Under the pieces are notes generated by a model. That model did not search any database, was not told the DNA's origin, and worked only from the letters and a program-made list of their open reading frames with translations. A stretch of DNA of 63,765 nucleotides, counting the filler, from Salisapilia sapeloensis CBS 127946 (lineage: Eukaryota; Protista; Oomycota): the NCBI GenBank assembly GCA_023334545.1. It is 5 parts of 5 records of this genome, joined end to end, with 100 filler letters (N's around TTAATTAATTAA, not from the genome) between each part and the next. Parts side by side here need not be neighbours in the genome. Positions count along the whole stretch, not along the records: positions 30,628 to 58,169 come from JAADVB010000234.1; 4 more parts are not named here. One strand, written 5' to 3'. Below are positions 41,880-52,992 of this stretch, piece by piece. Position 1 is the stretch's first letter, and each line of letters begins with the position of its first letter. A program made the translations under genes and the position numbers.

Positions 41880-43314
41880 CTAGACGACATTATTGGCCAT
41901 TTCCGCCACATGATTATTCTCATCTACCGTCTTTTTCACTGCACGTAGAACCGAGTCGCCTACTTCACCTAGCATCTCCCGCATGTGATCCCACGTATCA
42001 CTTGAGACTTGAAAGGACGCAGGGTAGAGCTTTAATAACATCCATCTTGTGATCGTAATCACGCGCTCTTCTTTATTCCCTCGTTTCGGTAACGATTCGA
42101 TCGTTACGATGCCACTAACATCATGTCGAACCTTTTGACTCGGATCATACGGATGCAACTCATCATCTTCCACGACATCAAAGACAAAGACACTCTTGGA
42201 GTCGCTTAGTGTCTCGCTGAACACGACAAAATTTGTCTCCATCGATGCATCGTCGACGTCGACTGCCAAGAGGCGACGATGGAGGATTCCGTTGTCCGAA
42301 ATGTCCACACCTTTGCCTAACGTCGGCTTCATCTTGTGGACCATCTCGATGTTCCGAATGAGGAACGAGAAGGTATCAGTGGCTTGACGGACACTACGCC
42401 ATCCGGTCATAGGTGTCGAGTCGAAGCGGAGGAGACAGGACTCTTGTGCACTCGTGGTGAAGCGAGCGTTCTCTGAGTACTCTTCGGAGCAGTCGACGAA
42501 CTGAACGCGTTCGGCCATGAGTCGTAGAGCTGTTTGGATCTTTTCTGACTTCATATTCATAAGCGTCGCGTAGCGTTGGTTCCAGTCTTTTGTGAGGCGA
42601 ATGGTAGATGTCACGGGGTTGATCTGCTGACCGCTTTGGTTCAATCCGGAGATGAGGGACCGGAGACCAAAGAGCGAGTTCTGTTGAGCCGAAACTTGTT
42701 CACGGAGTTTTTTGTTGTCAATCTCCTTTTGGAGTAACGAAGCATCTTTACTCTGCCACTCCACGACGCCAGCGCGTTGCTGGAGGAATTCCAGCTGAGA
42801 TTGGAGCGCCTGCACCTGTTGACTCAGTGTCTCCTTCTCTTCCTACACATCTTGCTGTGAGACAAAGTCGAGAGGATAGTCGATATGTAAGAAAGAGTAC
42901 CTTTCGGATAAGATATGTTGGTTTCCGGCACTTGGCTTTATGCGATTTGGACGGACAGGGCTCGTGCTCTTGTGTCGAGTTGTCGGACACGGCCGCTGCC
43001 TGGGGTTCATCTAGCGACACAGCCCGTCGTTTTCGACGTGGCATGTCTTGTACGTCCCCTTTCGGTGGTGGATGATACTGGTTCTTCCGTACATCCCATT
43101 GCCGAGGCGCAATGTTTACTTTGGCGGACAAGTGTGCGAAACTCGCCGGTGGTGGTGACATGCGATCCGGTTGCGACGATGACGTTTGAGGCACGGACGG
43201 TATGTTGCCAGTGAGTGATGAGCATGGAGGTAGTTTGACTCGAGTCATTGGATTCGAACTATTGCGCGGTAACAGCGGCGGTGGCGCAGGAGCAGACGTC
43301 GATCGGTTCTCCAT
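41880..43314 (-). CDS. Basic-zipper + putative START-like protein, subfamily A copy 3
   Basis: KCRKPTYLIRK, intron 42843-42900, EEKETLSQQVQALQSQL..VFDVVEDDELHPYDPSQKVRHDV. Confidence 0.85.
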
Positions 43315-45696
43315 TCGGGCTGAAAATTACGTTTTTGAAGCTCCAGGCGCAAGTGTGTACTTTTGCAACCTAACGATTTTAGACCTCTAGTTTGTATGGC
43401 CACTGCGGTTCATGATGATGAGGGGAAGGAGGCTTTTTTCTACTCAAACGAATGATTACGGGGGGGAGACTCGGGGCTGCAAGCTGAGAAATGGGCGCTT
43501 CAATAGACGATCAAACCTTGTCGTGTCGGACCGGCGCGGCGTTCGTTTGGACGTCGCACGCGTCTGCTTCAAGCATATATACGTCGGGTGCATGGAACAG
43601 GATGCTTATGTCATACTGGCGTTATCTCGTATTTATGTGAGTATCCCACGCTCCGGGCCGTAATCGAAATATTTTCGAGGGCAGGGCAGGATGTCAAGGT
43701 AGACTGGCTTCTATGCCGCCGATGCATGCTAAGGATTCTGAAAAAGAATTCATGTAGTGGATTTATGCCGAGGTAACAGACGATGTGACAAGGCGATTCG
43801 AGTTGTCCAATCGGTCATAAAATGCTGTAGCAGAGAAGTCGATTGCACGGTCAATCAAAGACAGCTTTTCAGTTTCCACCCTTGCTCTTCGGTCACCCGA
43901 CTTGCATTTGTTCTGGAGGTCCAAAGCCAAATGTCGTTTGATTTTAGACTAGTTGCTGGTAAAGACATGATCTTGTGTATATGACAAGCGATAGAGTAAA
44001 GGCTCTTCTTACATTTAAACAAAGACTACTTGACGATAGAGCAATCTCCCATCTGGACTGTTGCATTGTATTTATTGTGCATGCTAGTAAAAATATATAC
44101 TCCGAACCATTTCTACCTGAGAAAGCTACAGTACTTGAGGTGAAATCGACAATGCATAACGTCACTGAAGCAAATTCTATATTTGACTTTAATGGCCATG
44201 TCAGTCATCTATTTCGTAGTAGAATGTCAAAAGCTTTACACGAAACACGACGATGAACACATTGGCACGAAGCACAAGAGCGAATTCCGACAAATCTTCC
44301 GGTGCTATATACACCGTCACCAGCAAAAATCTTTGTCTCGCCCGGCATTATCCTGAGTCGGACCAGAAAGTAACATTTGGGTTCAGTCAGTACGGTTCTA
44401 GCAACATGAGTCAATCCCTCCATCCAAGACTTTCTGTTCATTTACAGGAATATGGGTTCCAAGACACTGATCTGCGCTCAATGTCTTTCTCTGACACGGC
44501 CAAGATCACATTCAATTTCGTTGAACCTTGAAGGATCGATATGGTGTGGTCGAGAAGCAGAGTCAGATTTATTCAGAGCTATAGAACACCATTGGCATAG
44601 GAGGTACTCGTGCATATCTTCAACTCTACAAGACGAGCGTCGACCAGGTAGTACTGGGATTATTCTGGTTCTGGTTTGAAGACACCTGGGTCGGCGTGTT
44701 TGTCATGACATTCATTGACGAAAAGATATCCAATTACTTAATGGGTATGCTTCAAGAAGCGAGTGATCATCAGTCGAAAGTATTTGTTTATGACATCTGA
44801 GCGTTAACAGTAATTTTCTGCTACAAGACTACCAGATACTAAAGTTTAGGTTGACTTGGGTTAAAGGCAAAGAGCCAGCAACTGTAAAATAAGTTGCTGA
44901 CTAAAAAAGGAAAAGAGCACTCGATCATAATGTCGGCTAGTAAAAATTAGATGTATAACGCTTTCTTTCCACCCTTTTATTGGTAATATCCGATTCTTCG
45001 ATACCTTGCAGAAGCCCATTGCACGGGTTTTGGACCTGATCACTTTTATATTGGACACGGAAATGTCGATAAGTATACTTTAACTGGCAATGTTCTCTGC
45101 ATGACGCACCGCCATCGTGGGCAAACTAATAAAAGATCGATGAAAAAGTAGTTGGCATCGATTTCTGTTTAATATTACAGCAACACTGCCACTTCTTTGA
45201 CGAAGACCTATCGTTGATGGAGTGTGCATGATCATCGTCATTCCTCATTTTGTAAAGATATCCCTCAACTTATTATGAGATCAAGTTTCCATCGTACAAA
45301 CAGATACTTGGTACTAGCTGCTCCTGTCGAATCAACGTAAAATAATTGACGTATATAATCCACAGCAATCGACTGCGTGGGGAATGTCGAACAGTAGCTG
45401 TAACTCAGCATACAAAGATAATTTATTATCAAGCCTACCCGAGTTAAATATCACTGGTTGCTTCCTTCGATTATCTAGGCCGGCTTTAACTCATTCCTAG
45501 CATTGTATTTTATGCGGAATGCAAAACTAAATATGCTACCTACATCTCGATGTAATATATGCAAACCATATTCAACTCTATGTATTCCTCTTTGCAAACA
45601 CAAGAATACACTCCCAGCAGCCCAGACCTACTAACCAGACTCTCTTGTCATTCCAAGTCTTTCTTATTTAATCTTTTCTCCACAAGCAACACAAAA

Positions 45697-47802
45697 CTAC
45701 CGAACAGGGGCACTCGCTGCTTCCGTTTGCACTTGTGGGGCGACATTTGGTCGCATCGGTTCATTCGCTCCAGTCGACGCAGCGTTTTCTACAGTCGCTT
45801 GACTCTTCTCTCGAGCCTCCTTGTCCATTTCTTCCTGCATCTGAGCATAGTCATCAACCACTTCTGCCATGGAGGTTTGGAACGTCTCTGGTGTTGTGAA
45901 CCCTTTCGAGTACTTTTGCTTCCCTTCCTTCGACTCTAATTCCTTTTGAATCTTACTAGTCGTCGCCTGAAAGTCCTGTTCCACAACCCTGGTACTATCG
46001 TCCAAGAATGCTTCCCACCTCTTCATCGACTTAGTCTTCCCTTTCACCATCGCTTCCAACGAATTACTTGCTACATTACTCAAACTCGGCATATCTGCGT
46101 CGTCCTCTTCATGCTTTCCACGCAACGTCCTGAGCATCTTTTCCAGCTCCTCCCGCCCTTCATTCGACACTTCACTATCATCAATCATCCCATCCAACTC
46201 ACAATTCCAACACTTGTTCTCGTCCCCATACTCCTTGGCACACTTGGTGTGGTAGTAGCTATTACATAGGATACAGCGGGCCATGGTAGCAATCCACCTC
46301 GTACAATCGCACAGGACACATGTAGCCATCGGACGATTGCTTTTCAAAGCAGAGCTACCTGCTGCTTCCTCTTTTTCGGAGTCACTTAGAGCAGACAGAT
46401 CCACAACTGTGAGCAATTGTGATCTCAATCGCTTCGTCTCTTCTTCATCTCGACTGTCGCAACAAGTTTCCATCCAACGCAAGAAAGCGTCTGGACAGTC
46501 ACCAAGAGCCTTCGGTCGAGACGTCATGGGATGGTCTATCTTTTCATCATGCGACTTGCTACGAGGTGCCAGGACGTTCGTTTGGTCTGTGGGAGATTGG
46601 GAATTCGGTAAGACATCAGCGTTCTCTTTCGACCGTCTAGCTAGACGCATGCCGTCGTTCTCTGTTCGAAAGTCGGCTGCCTGATACTCCACGCGATCAA
46701 ACACACGTGAACGAATGAGTACGCCTTTTGTCGCTACGCCTTCCTCTCGTCTTCTTTTCTTTCCTATTGCGTCTGCTTTATGAGTTGCAGCTGGGTGCAT
46801 TTTCGTGTCAGGTGTTGCTGTCTCGTGTCTGCTCGTTAACTTCCGGATATTCATCCGAGTGGATGTATCTTGGTCCAAACGTGGTTTCGGATGAGTTTTG
46901 TCCTGTGGCTTCTCTTGTGTCTTTGAGACCTCTGGGATGCTTGTCGATGGATGTTCTGGTTCTTTTGGTTCCTGTGTCGTGGTTTGTGGTGTATTCTCAC
47001 CTTTAATCGTATCCACAGCATTCGAACATGACTCTTGGACAGTCGAAGTCGCTTTAGGATTTAAATTAAGAACACGAGGTGAACTGATCCGTGCATCTTT
47101 CATCGTTTCCTCTTCTTCTCCATTCTCGTCGGAAGACGAAACGAGGTCAATAATGTCATCCTGCTTACTCTTATCTTGCTGTTTCTCTGTCTGTTCTGAC
47201 TTCTTCCCATTGCCATTTGATGCTGGAGGTACTGTCTCTTGCTTTTCATTCGATTTGGGTTTGTGTGAAGGATGGGATGGTGTAAAAAAGTTTTGCCATG
47301 TCTCGAGTCGCTTGGGAGGAATCGAATAACGTTGACTAGATGATTGTGTATTATTCGGACAAGATGTTTGCTTCCCATGCGATGCAGTAGATGCATGTTG
47401 ATTTCCTTTATGAACATATCCAGCACTAGCTGTTCCTGCCTGAGTCTGCTTGCCTGAAGTTGGTTTCGACGACGGAAGACTCGCCTGTGATGTCTTCGAG
47501 CCACTTTTGTCCTGTACAGGACGACTCGATGGGTCTTGAGATCCATAGTTTGGGGCTATTTCTTTTTGCCCAGTATCCGTAAGAGTACGATGAGGATTAG
47601 GCTGCTTCTCGTTGGATGAGATGGAAGGTTGTGAAGGCTTCGATGGGGCAGACGAAGACGCTTTTGTCTTTTGTTGCGATTGTGTTGCTTTTTTAAGCTT
47701 TTCACGGCATTCATTGCATCGAGCTTTCGAGGAATAGTTGAGTCTACCACAACCAATGCAGGTAACACCTTGGCTTTTGCCCTTTTTCTTTTGACCGACC
47801 AT
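45697..47802 (-). CDS. RanBP2-type zinc finger + PHD finger protein, mostly low complexity, 701 aa
   Basis: CIGCGRLNYSSKARCNEC (C-x2-C-x3-N-x6-C-x2-C) and CVLC..CILC-x4-HTKC..CWNC (C4HC3). Confidence 0.8.
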   Translation of the reverse strand: MVGQKKKGKSQGVTCIGCGRLNYSSKARCNECREKLKKATQSQQKTKASSSAPSKPSQPSISSNEKQPNPHRTLTDTGQKEIAPNYGSQDPSSRPVQDKSGSKTSQASLPSSKPTSGKQTQAGTASAGYVHKGNQHASTASHGKQTSCPNNTQSSSQRYSIPPKRLETWQNFFTPSHPSHKPKSNEKQETVPPASNGNGKKSEQTEKQQDKSKQDDIIDLVSSSDENGEEEETMKDARISSPRVLNLNPKATSTVQESCSNAVDTIKGENTPQTTTQEPKEPEHPSTSIPEVSKTQEKPQDKTHPKPRLDQDTSTRMNIRKLTSRHETATPDTKMHPAATHKADAIGKKRRREEGVATKGVLIRSRVFDRVEYQAADFRTENDGMRLARRSKENADVLPNSQSPTDQTNVLAPRSKSHDEKIDHPMTSRPKALGDCPDAFLRWMETCCDSRDEEETKRLRSQLLTVVDLSALSDSEKEEAAGSSALKSNRPMATCVLCDCTRWIATMARCILCNSYYHTKCAKEYGDENKCWNCELDGMIDDSEVSNEGREELEKMLRTLRGKHEEDDADMPSLSNVASNSLEAMVKGKTKSMKRWEAFLDDSTRVVEQDFQATTSKIQKELESKEGKQKYSKGFTTPETFQTSMAEVVDDYAQMQEEMDKEAREKSQATVENAASTGANEPMRPNVAPQVQTEAASAPVR

Positions 47803-48188
47803 AACGGAGGGCAGGTCGAGTGGTGATGACGATATTAATGAACTCCTAGTAGATGCTGTCTAATACAGAGATATTCAGTTGCATCCAGAGCAAGACTTGC
47901 CGTGTGGAAGATGGAGAGCAATGGAAGTATGCAGAAGATGGTTGCAAGAGCGCCACAAGTGTGCACTAGACCACCGAGTACGAGCTCTTCCTATTCGGGT
48001 GAATTTATGTTTTCACGTGATGTCCCTAACGTTTCGCCAGGGAGATGTACAGTATTTGACATTCAGATTTTTATGTCTGACAAGAAATATATTTATCAAT
48101 CGGCCATTTTTGCACAATACTTTAAGCAAGCTTAAATGGCTTAAGACAAGTAAGAGGAAAACGCATGCACATGCGACATTTGCATAGA

Positions 48189-51100
48189 TTACAATCCATC
48201 GAAGAGAGCTGCACATTGGTCTTTGCTAGATACACCTGCGAGTTCTTTTTGGTCTTGCAAAATGTTGTATAAGAGTGCCAAGCAATTGGTGATCCTGCCA
48301 TTGGCCATGAATGTGCTCTCGTCTCCATTATCAAGCTCACCGAAGAGTTCAATAATGGCTCCATCCGGTGACTTTATAAATTGTCGATGCAATTCTTTCG
48401 TCCCGTCTATCATGACCGTATATATCGCGATATGTATATTAACTTCGAGAAACGTCCGATCGGTCGGGTCTCGGAGCTCGTATTCGCGTACAAAAACTTT
48501 TCGCTGAGCACCACTCGCACTCTTCCATCGTTTAGCTTCTTGGCATATAAGTCGAAGCTCTGGAAGTGAGACCTCTCCATCATGAGGAACAAAGAAAGCT
48601 TGTTCTTGCTTATGTAGTCGACCGTACAAGTCGAGTAAACGACCCCGATGGAGCATAAAAAGATACACTAGCAACAAGGAGAAACAACTTAGACCTACAT
48701 ACAAAACCACTGTGACTCCGATTCCAGTGACTCCGCTACCTTCTTCCACTAAAAATCGTGTGTATAACTTAAATGCATCGCCGTTGTTGCATGTACAGGC
48801 CGGATCAGTGAGTGACTGAGCACAAATATCGCTGTAGGTTTTGCAGTCGTAATTTTGAATAGCTATATCAACGATGAGGATGAGCCACGGATCCAAAACG
48901 CTACTGATACCTACATAGGATAGAACTTGATATCCTATGACAGGAAAGTGTCCAAGAAATCTCTTCGAAAATGCTGCAATTGCAGCTCCAGCGACGAAAA
49001 TGCATTGATTTCCAACAACGCCAGTGGAGATAACGCCAACTTCTATATGCGTCGCCACTGATCGCCAATTGTATTTGACTAAGACTGTCATCCATTCAAC
49101 TTGCAGATCGTACACAGCTATCTTCTTGTGCTTCAAGAACATCCATTGACTCAAGTAGTGAACGTAAAGTCGTAGCCACAACGTCAACACGAGAAATATT
49201 ATAGATCTCCAGAATTCGACGGTACGAATTTTGTGAGCAGAAATGTCTGACAGCAGCTCTTGACGTAGGAAGAATAGCTTTCGACGCGTGTGAAAGCGTC
49301 GGTGAGCTGCTGTTTCAACGTTGATAGCAGTGTTAACAGAATACATATAATTCTCTACATCTGTCAGTGTGTGTTCGTAACCAAATTGGAGAGTATCATC
49401 GTCGTCACCTTCTGTGTCATCCGTGATATCCGACTCACGCGGAAAAATACGATCGGTACTAATTGGTACTGGTTCTTCGTCATCGACGGTGAGTGCTTTA
49501 TTACTTGCAACATCATCAACACCATGTCTTCCCTGGACTTCGTGTCCAGGTGGAGATGCTGTAAATAAACCATTCAGTGATTTCGTCAAGGTACTTTCAG
49601 GCTCATTTAAAGATCCTCCTTGAGCTCCTTCATCGCCACTAAGCGCATGAGACTGTGGAAGGCTATTCTTAACTGTGCTATCTCCTTTTATGTTTAATTT
49701 AAATGAGATTCGCTTCCTTAACCCAAAGGTTTTGGACTTTACATGCTCATCAACTGATGTTAAATTTCCATCGACGTAGGACCTAATTTTCACTTCATTT
49801 TCATCTACTTCTACTTGTTTAACAGTAGAGTCTCCGACTAACGCCATCCTACGCTCACGTGGCAGGCTGCGCACTTCAAAATATAAATTACCAAGCCAGG
49901 ACGACAGGTCTTCATAGTACATTTTCTCAAAATCACCGTATTTGTCAAGCGTAGGATCTAGTTCCCCTTGCACTAGTGGTGTCTTAAATCTTCCTTCCAA
50001 CGGAACAATATCTGGTGTAACTAGAGGCATAATTCCCCATCCAACTACAGTGTCTTCAATCATTCGAAGCTTGCGACGATATGATAGTCCACTGTGCAAT
50101 GCTCCTCGTCTTCGTTGACTTCTAGAACTATCATCCTCATCATGATTTCGACTGCCAAGTCGAAAGAGCTCGAATACAAGGACATGGCATGGCTTTAAAG
50201 CGTTTTCTGGAGGCCCAACGACGACTATATTCTGATTAAAACGAATTTCAGTGTGGTAGAAACGTCCTCCATGGCGTGTCGGTTTGGTCAAATTGGGCAA
50301 GCTACCCTCTTGCTTTGACTGATGAAGATCCCACCTTGTCCACTGGAGAGCATGCCCGCCCAGTCGATCGTACAAGGTAACAACGAGTGAATAGAAACCT
50401 CGCGGAACTTTGTTCTTTACACCTCGCAACTCTCGAATTCGCATTTCCAACATAATCGGCACGCGTTTAGACTCGATACGAAAGCGTTTTCGACTCTCCG
50501 GGATTTTAGATGACTTCAAGTCACCACAAGCGCGTTTCACGGCTGCCTCTTGCCTTCGCAAATCATCTAATAAAGTCTGTTCTGCTCGATGAAATAGTTT
50601 TCGAAATATCTTTCGCTGTGCTTGCACCCAAGAAATAGCTTCTCTACGCTCGCGTTGTATGTTTTCACGCTGAGTGTGAGCTTCTTGTAACAGTCTTGTA
50701 CGAATTAGATCGCCTTGACGAGCTAACTGACGTTCTCGCTGAAGGTACGTCTGTGCTTCATGCTCTAATCGTCGGCGGTTGGCTTCCGCCACTTCTTCTT
50801 CTTGATTAATAACATCTTCATACGATACAGCACCTAGCACCAATTCCGAGTCTGGAATGTCAATTTCAAAGGCACTGGTATAGTTTGGTACATTTTGATC
50901 TTGCCATTGATCCGTAAGTATTTCAAGCAGTCTTGATGGTGCTTCATTTCCATCCGGTCCAAGTGTCGGCTGGGAAGGAGTTTCCAGTTCGTCGATCAAA
51001 GAATCGTAAAAGCTACTTTCGTGTTTCAATCTGCTTGAATTTGACATTTCTTCTGGGTAATTCAGGGTTTCAGTATCGTCACCTTCGCTATCTGGGCTAC

Positions 51101-51197
51101 TAGAGGTCGATAGCTGACCATCCATTTCGTTAATGTCAGTAAAGGAAGCTGTTGATCCATCGAACCGATCAACTTTTTGATCTCTATGGCTGTTCAT
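48189..51197 (-). CDS. OFCC1: OFCC1/ojoplano-like multi-pass membrane protein, 1002 aa
   Basis: Coiled coil; LRGVKNKVPRG..LYDRLGG; VGWGIMPL..EGRFKTPL..WLGNLYF; WLRLYVHYLSQW; DPWLILIVD; GDAFKLY..EGSG. Assignment from recall. Confidence 0.7.
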   Translation of the reverse strand: MNSHRDQKVDRFDGSTASFTDINEMDGQLSTSSSPDSEGDDTETLNYPEEMSNSSRLKHESSFYDSLIDELETPSQPTLGPDGNEAPSRLLEILTDQWQDQNVPNYTSAFEIDIPDSELVLGAVSYEDVINQEEEVAEANRRRLEHEAQTYLQRERQLARQGDLIRTRLLQEAHTQRENIQRERREAISWVQAQRKIFRKLFHRAEQTLLDDLRRQEAAVKRACGDLKSSKIPESRKRFRIESKRVPIMLEMRIRELRGVKNKVPRGFYSLVVTLYDRLGGHALQWTRWDLHQSKQEGSLPNLTKPTRHGGRFYHTEIRFNQNIVVVGPPENALKPCHVLVFELFRLGSRNHDEDDSSRSQRRRGALHSGLSYRRKLRMIEDTVVGWGIMPLVTPDIVPLEGRFKTPLVQGELDPTLDKYGDFEKMYYEDLSSWLGNLYFEVRSLPRERRMALVGDSTVKQVEVDENEVKIRSYVDGNLTSVDEHVKSKTFGLRKRISFKLNIKGDSTVKNSLPQSHALSGDEGAQGGSLNEPESTLTKSLNGLFTASPPGHEVQGRHGVDDVASNKALTVDDEEPVPISTDRIFPRESDITDDTEGDDDDTLQFGYEHTLTDVENYMYSVNTAINVETAAHRRFHTRRKLFFLRQELLSDISAHKIRTVEFWRSIIFLVLTLWLRLYVHYLSQWMFLKHKKIAVYDLQVEWMTVLVKYNWRSVATHIEVGVISTGVVGNQCIFVAGAAIAAFSKRFLGHFPVIGYQVLSYVGISSVLDPWLILIVDIAIQNYDCKTYSDICAQSLTDPACTCNNGDAFKLYTRFLVEEGSGVTGIGVTVVLYVGLSCFSLLLVYLFMLHRGRLLDLYGRLHKQEQAFFVPHDGEVSLPELRLICQEAKRWKSASGAQRKVFVREYELRDPTDRTFLEVNIHIAIYTVMIDGTKELHRQFIKSPDGAIIELFGELDNGDESTFMANGRITNCLALLYNILQDQKELAGVSSKDQCAALFDGL

Positions 51198-51457
51198 GCT
51201 AAAGTTACCAGTTTCAGCTTAGCTATCGACCCTTCACCTGTCCAGAAAGTTAGATTAGGAAACGTAGGCGGTTACGAAACATTTATACTCCTATACCGAA
51301 GCTATCTATCATGTCACGGTTGCCAAAACTTATGTTGCTGCCTGTCAATAAACGTTAAACGGATCGTACTAGAGCTTTTGTGTAAATTATCATCGCGCAA
51401 GTCCAGGACTTCCTTCGTCCTAGCCTTTGCGTTGTCGTGTTCAAAATGTATAATCTA

Positions 51458-52711
51458 TCAGGTCGAGACCTCGCGCGTTGCATCCTCTAGCTCATCCATT
51501 GCTTCATCACCATCACGGATAATCCAAGTGGAGTTTGCAAGGTCTCCTCGTCTCGCTCTTCTAGTTAAATCTGCTGGTTTCAGTTCATCCGGCTGACGGC
51601 GACTCTCCAAGAGGCAAGCCAGACACACACGAACCTTTGTCTTCGTCTGTTCCGACATTATCACTGGCATCTTGCGACTACAGCGTCCACAAGTGAGACC
51701 TCCACAAAGTCGGCAGTGGTGGCGTTTGCGTAAGAAGGAGAATCCGCCGTCACAGACAGTACAATGTCGCTGTTCCTTGCGCGTCGTCCAATAAGCTTTG
51801 TCCATAAGAACATGGTGTGCGAGACTCGTCTCCTCAGCATACTTGCGCAAGTTTGCAAGTCGAACGCCTACTTGGTCGAGCCAATTGGACCGTTTCGAAT
51901 GCGAAGTCTTGGTCTTGGGGTCCATGTGACTAGCATATACAACTTCGACGACACCTGGCTCGTCGGTCTCGTGGACAGTATACGCTTCGCATCGAATGGA
52001 TCCTCGAACGAGCTTGTCCTTCGGAGTAAAGCTTGGCACTCGAATGGATTCAATGACTCGGTACCCGATCAATTTGTCATCTTTCGTCGTGGAAACGTCG
52101 GTATAGTCTAAGAAAACGAGGTCTAGGTTCTGTCCTCCGAACGGGTTCTTCACCGCCAAGTACTTGAGACCGCAGTGGAAGAACTGAGAGGTCGACTCTT
52201 CTGGTACACAAGACGTAAGGACTCGTGCGTCCAAGACTTGGTCTGCGCCTATCAAAAGTTTCTGCGCATGCTCAAAGCTGGTGGAAGTTTCTGGCCCACC
52301 ACTTCCTGCTGCCAATAGACTCATGACATTCTTTACAGAGGCATTCACTTTCGTCTTACCACGTACTTCACATCGACTACGTTGAGACTTGTACATATCT
52401 ACGCCGTTTTTCGTTCGAACGTGCTCCCATTGGGGTCCATACGTATCAGCATCAGGGGCTTCGTCCAACGATGAGAAGGCGAGGGCAATGTGCTGGCGAC
52501 TAGAAATGTACTTGAAACAGCCTTCCTTTTGTGCTGTGGTCAATTCCGGTGTGTCCGTGTGGCGTCGCGGTGTGTGCTCACCAGAGCTCTCGCCAAACGA
52601 TCTCACTGGAGCATTGCTGTACGATCGTTGCGTTCGCTCGATAGCTTCATGCGGTCGACGCAACTCGGGTCCAAATGTCCGCGTACGAGCCGAGTTCACA
52701 ACAGTCGCCAT
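51458..52711 (-). CDS. START-like + FYVE zinc finger protein (oomycete-expanded family)
   Basis: WEHVRTKNGVDMY..DLVFLDYT..GYRVIES..VEVVYASHMDP, then CTVC..RKRHHCRLCGGLTCGRC..VRVCLAC. ATG 52711 is preferred over the ORF-track start. Confidence 0.88.
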   Translation of the reverse strand: MATVVNSARTRTFGPELRRPHEAIERTQRSYSNAPVRSFGESSGEHTPRRHTDTPELTTAQKEGCFKYISSRQHIALAFSSLDEAPDADTYGPQWEHVRTKNGVDMYKSQRSRCEVRGKTKVNASVKNVMSLLAAGSGGPETSTSFEHAQKLLIGADQVLDARVLTSCVPEESTSQFFHCGLKYLAVKNPFGGQNLDLVFLDYTDVSTTKDDKLIGYRVIESIRVPSFTPKDKLVRGSIRCEAYTVHETDEPGVVEVVYASHMDPKTKTSHSKRSNWLDQVGVRLANLRKYAEETSLAHHVLMDKAYWTTRKEQRHCTVCDGGFSFLRKRHHCRLCGGLTCGRCSRKMPVIMSEQTKTKVRVCLACLLESRRQPDELKPADLTRRARRGDLANSTWIIRDGDEAMDELEDATREVST

Positions 52712-52992
52712 GCTTGATTCGATGGTGGTATGCGAATAAATCGAAGAGTGCTCGAGCAGTCGCGAAGCATCGATGAGATCATGAAACGCCGATCGTGGCG
52801 TACCTATCACGTAAGACACCTTCCTATCCACATGTGTCATCCACTACACATGCGAAACTTTCTAGCCAGCCAGCCGCATACTCGGTAGAAGCCATCATCC
52901 ACACAAGTCGGTACAGTGGACACAATAAGACACTCCTATCATCTGTCAAGACAACGATACATGCACTTGTAGTAGAGAACAGGAAACTACAT

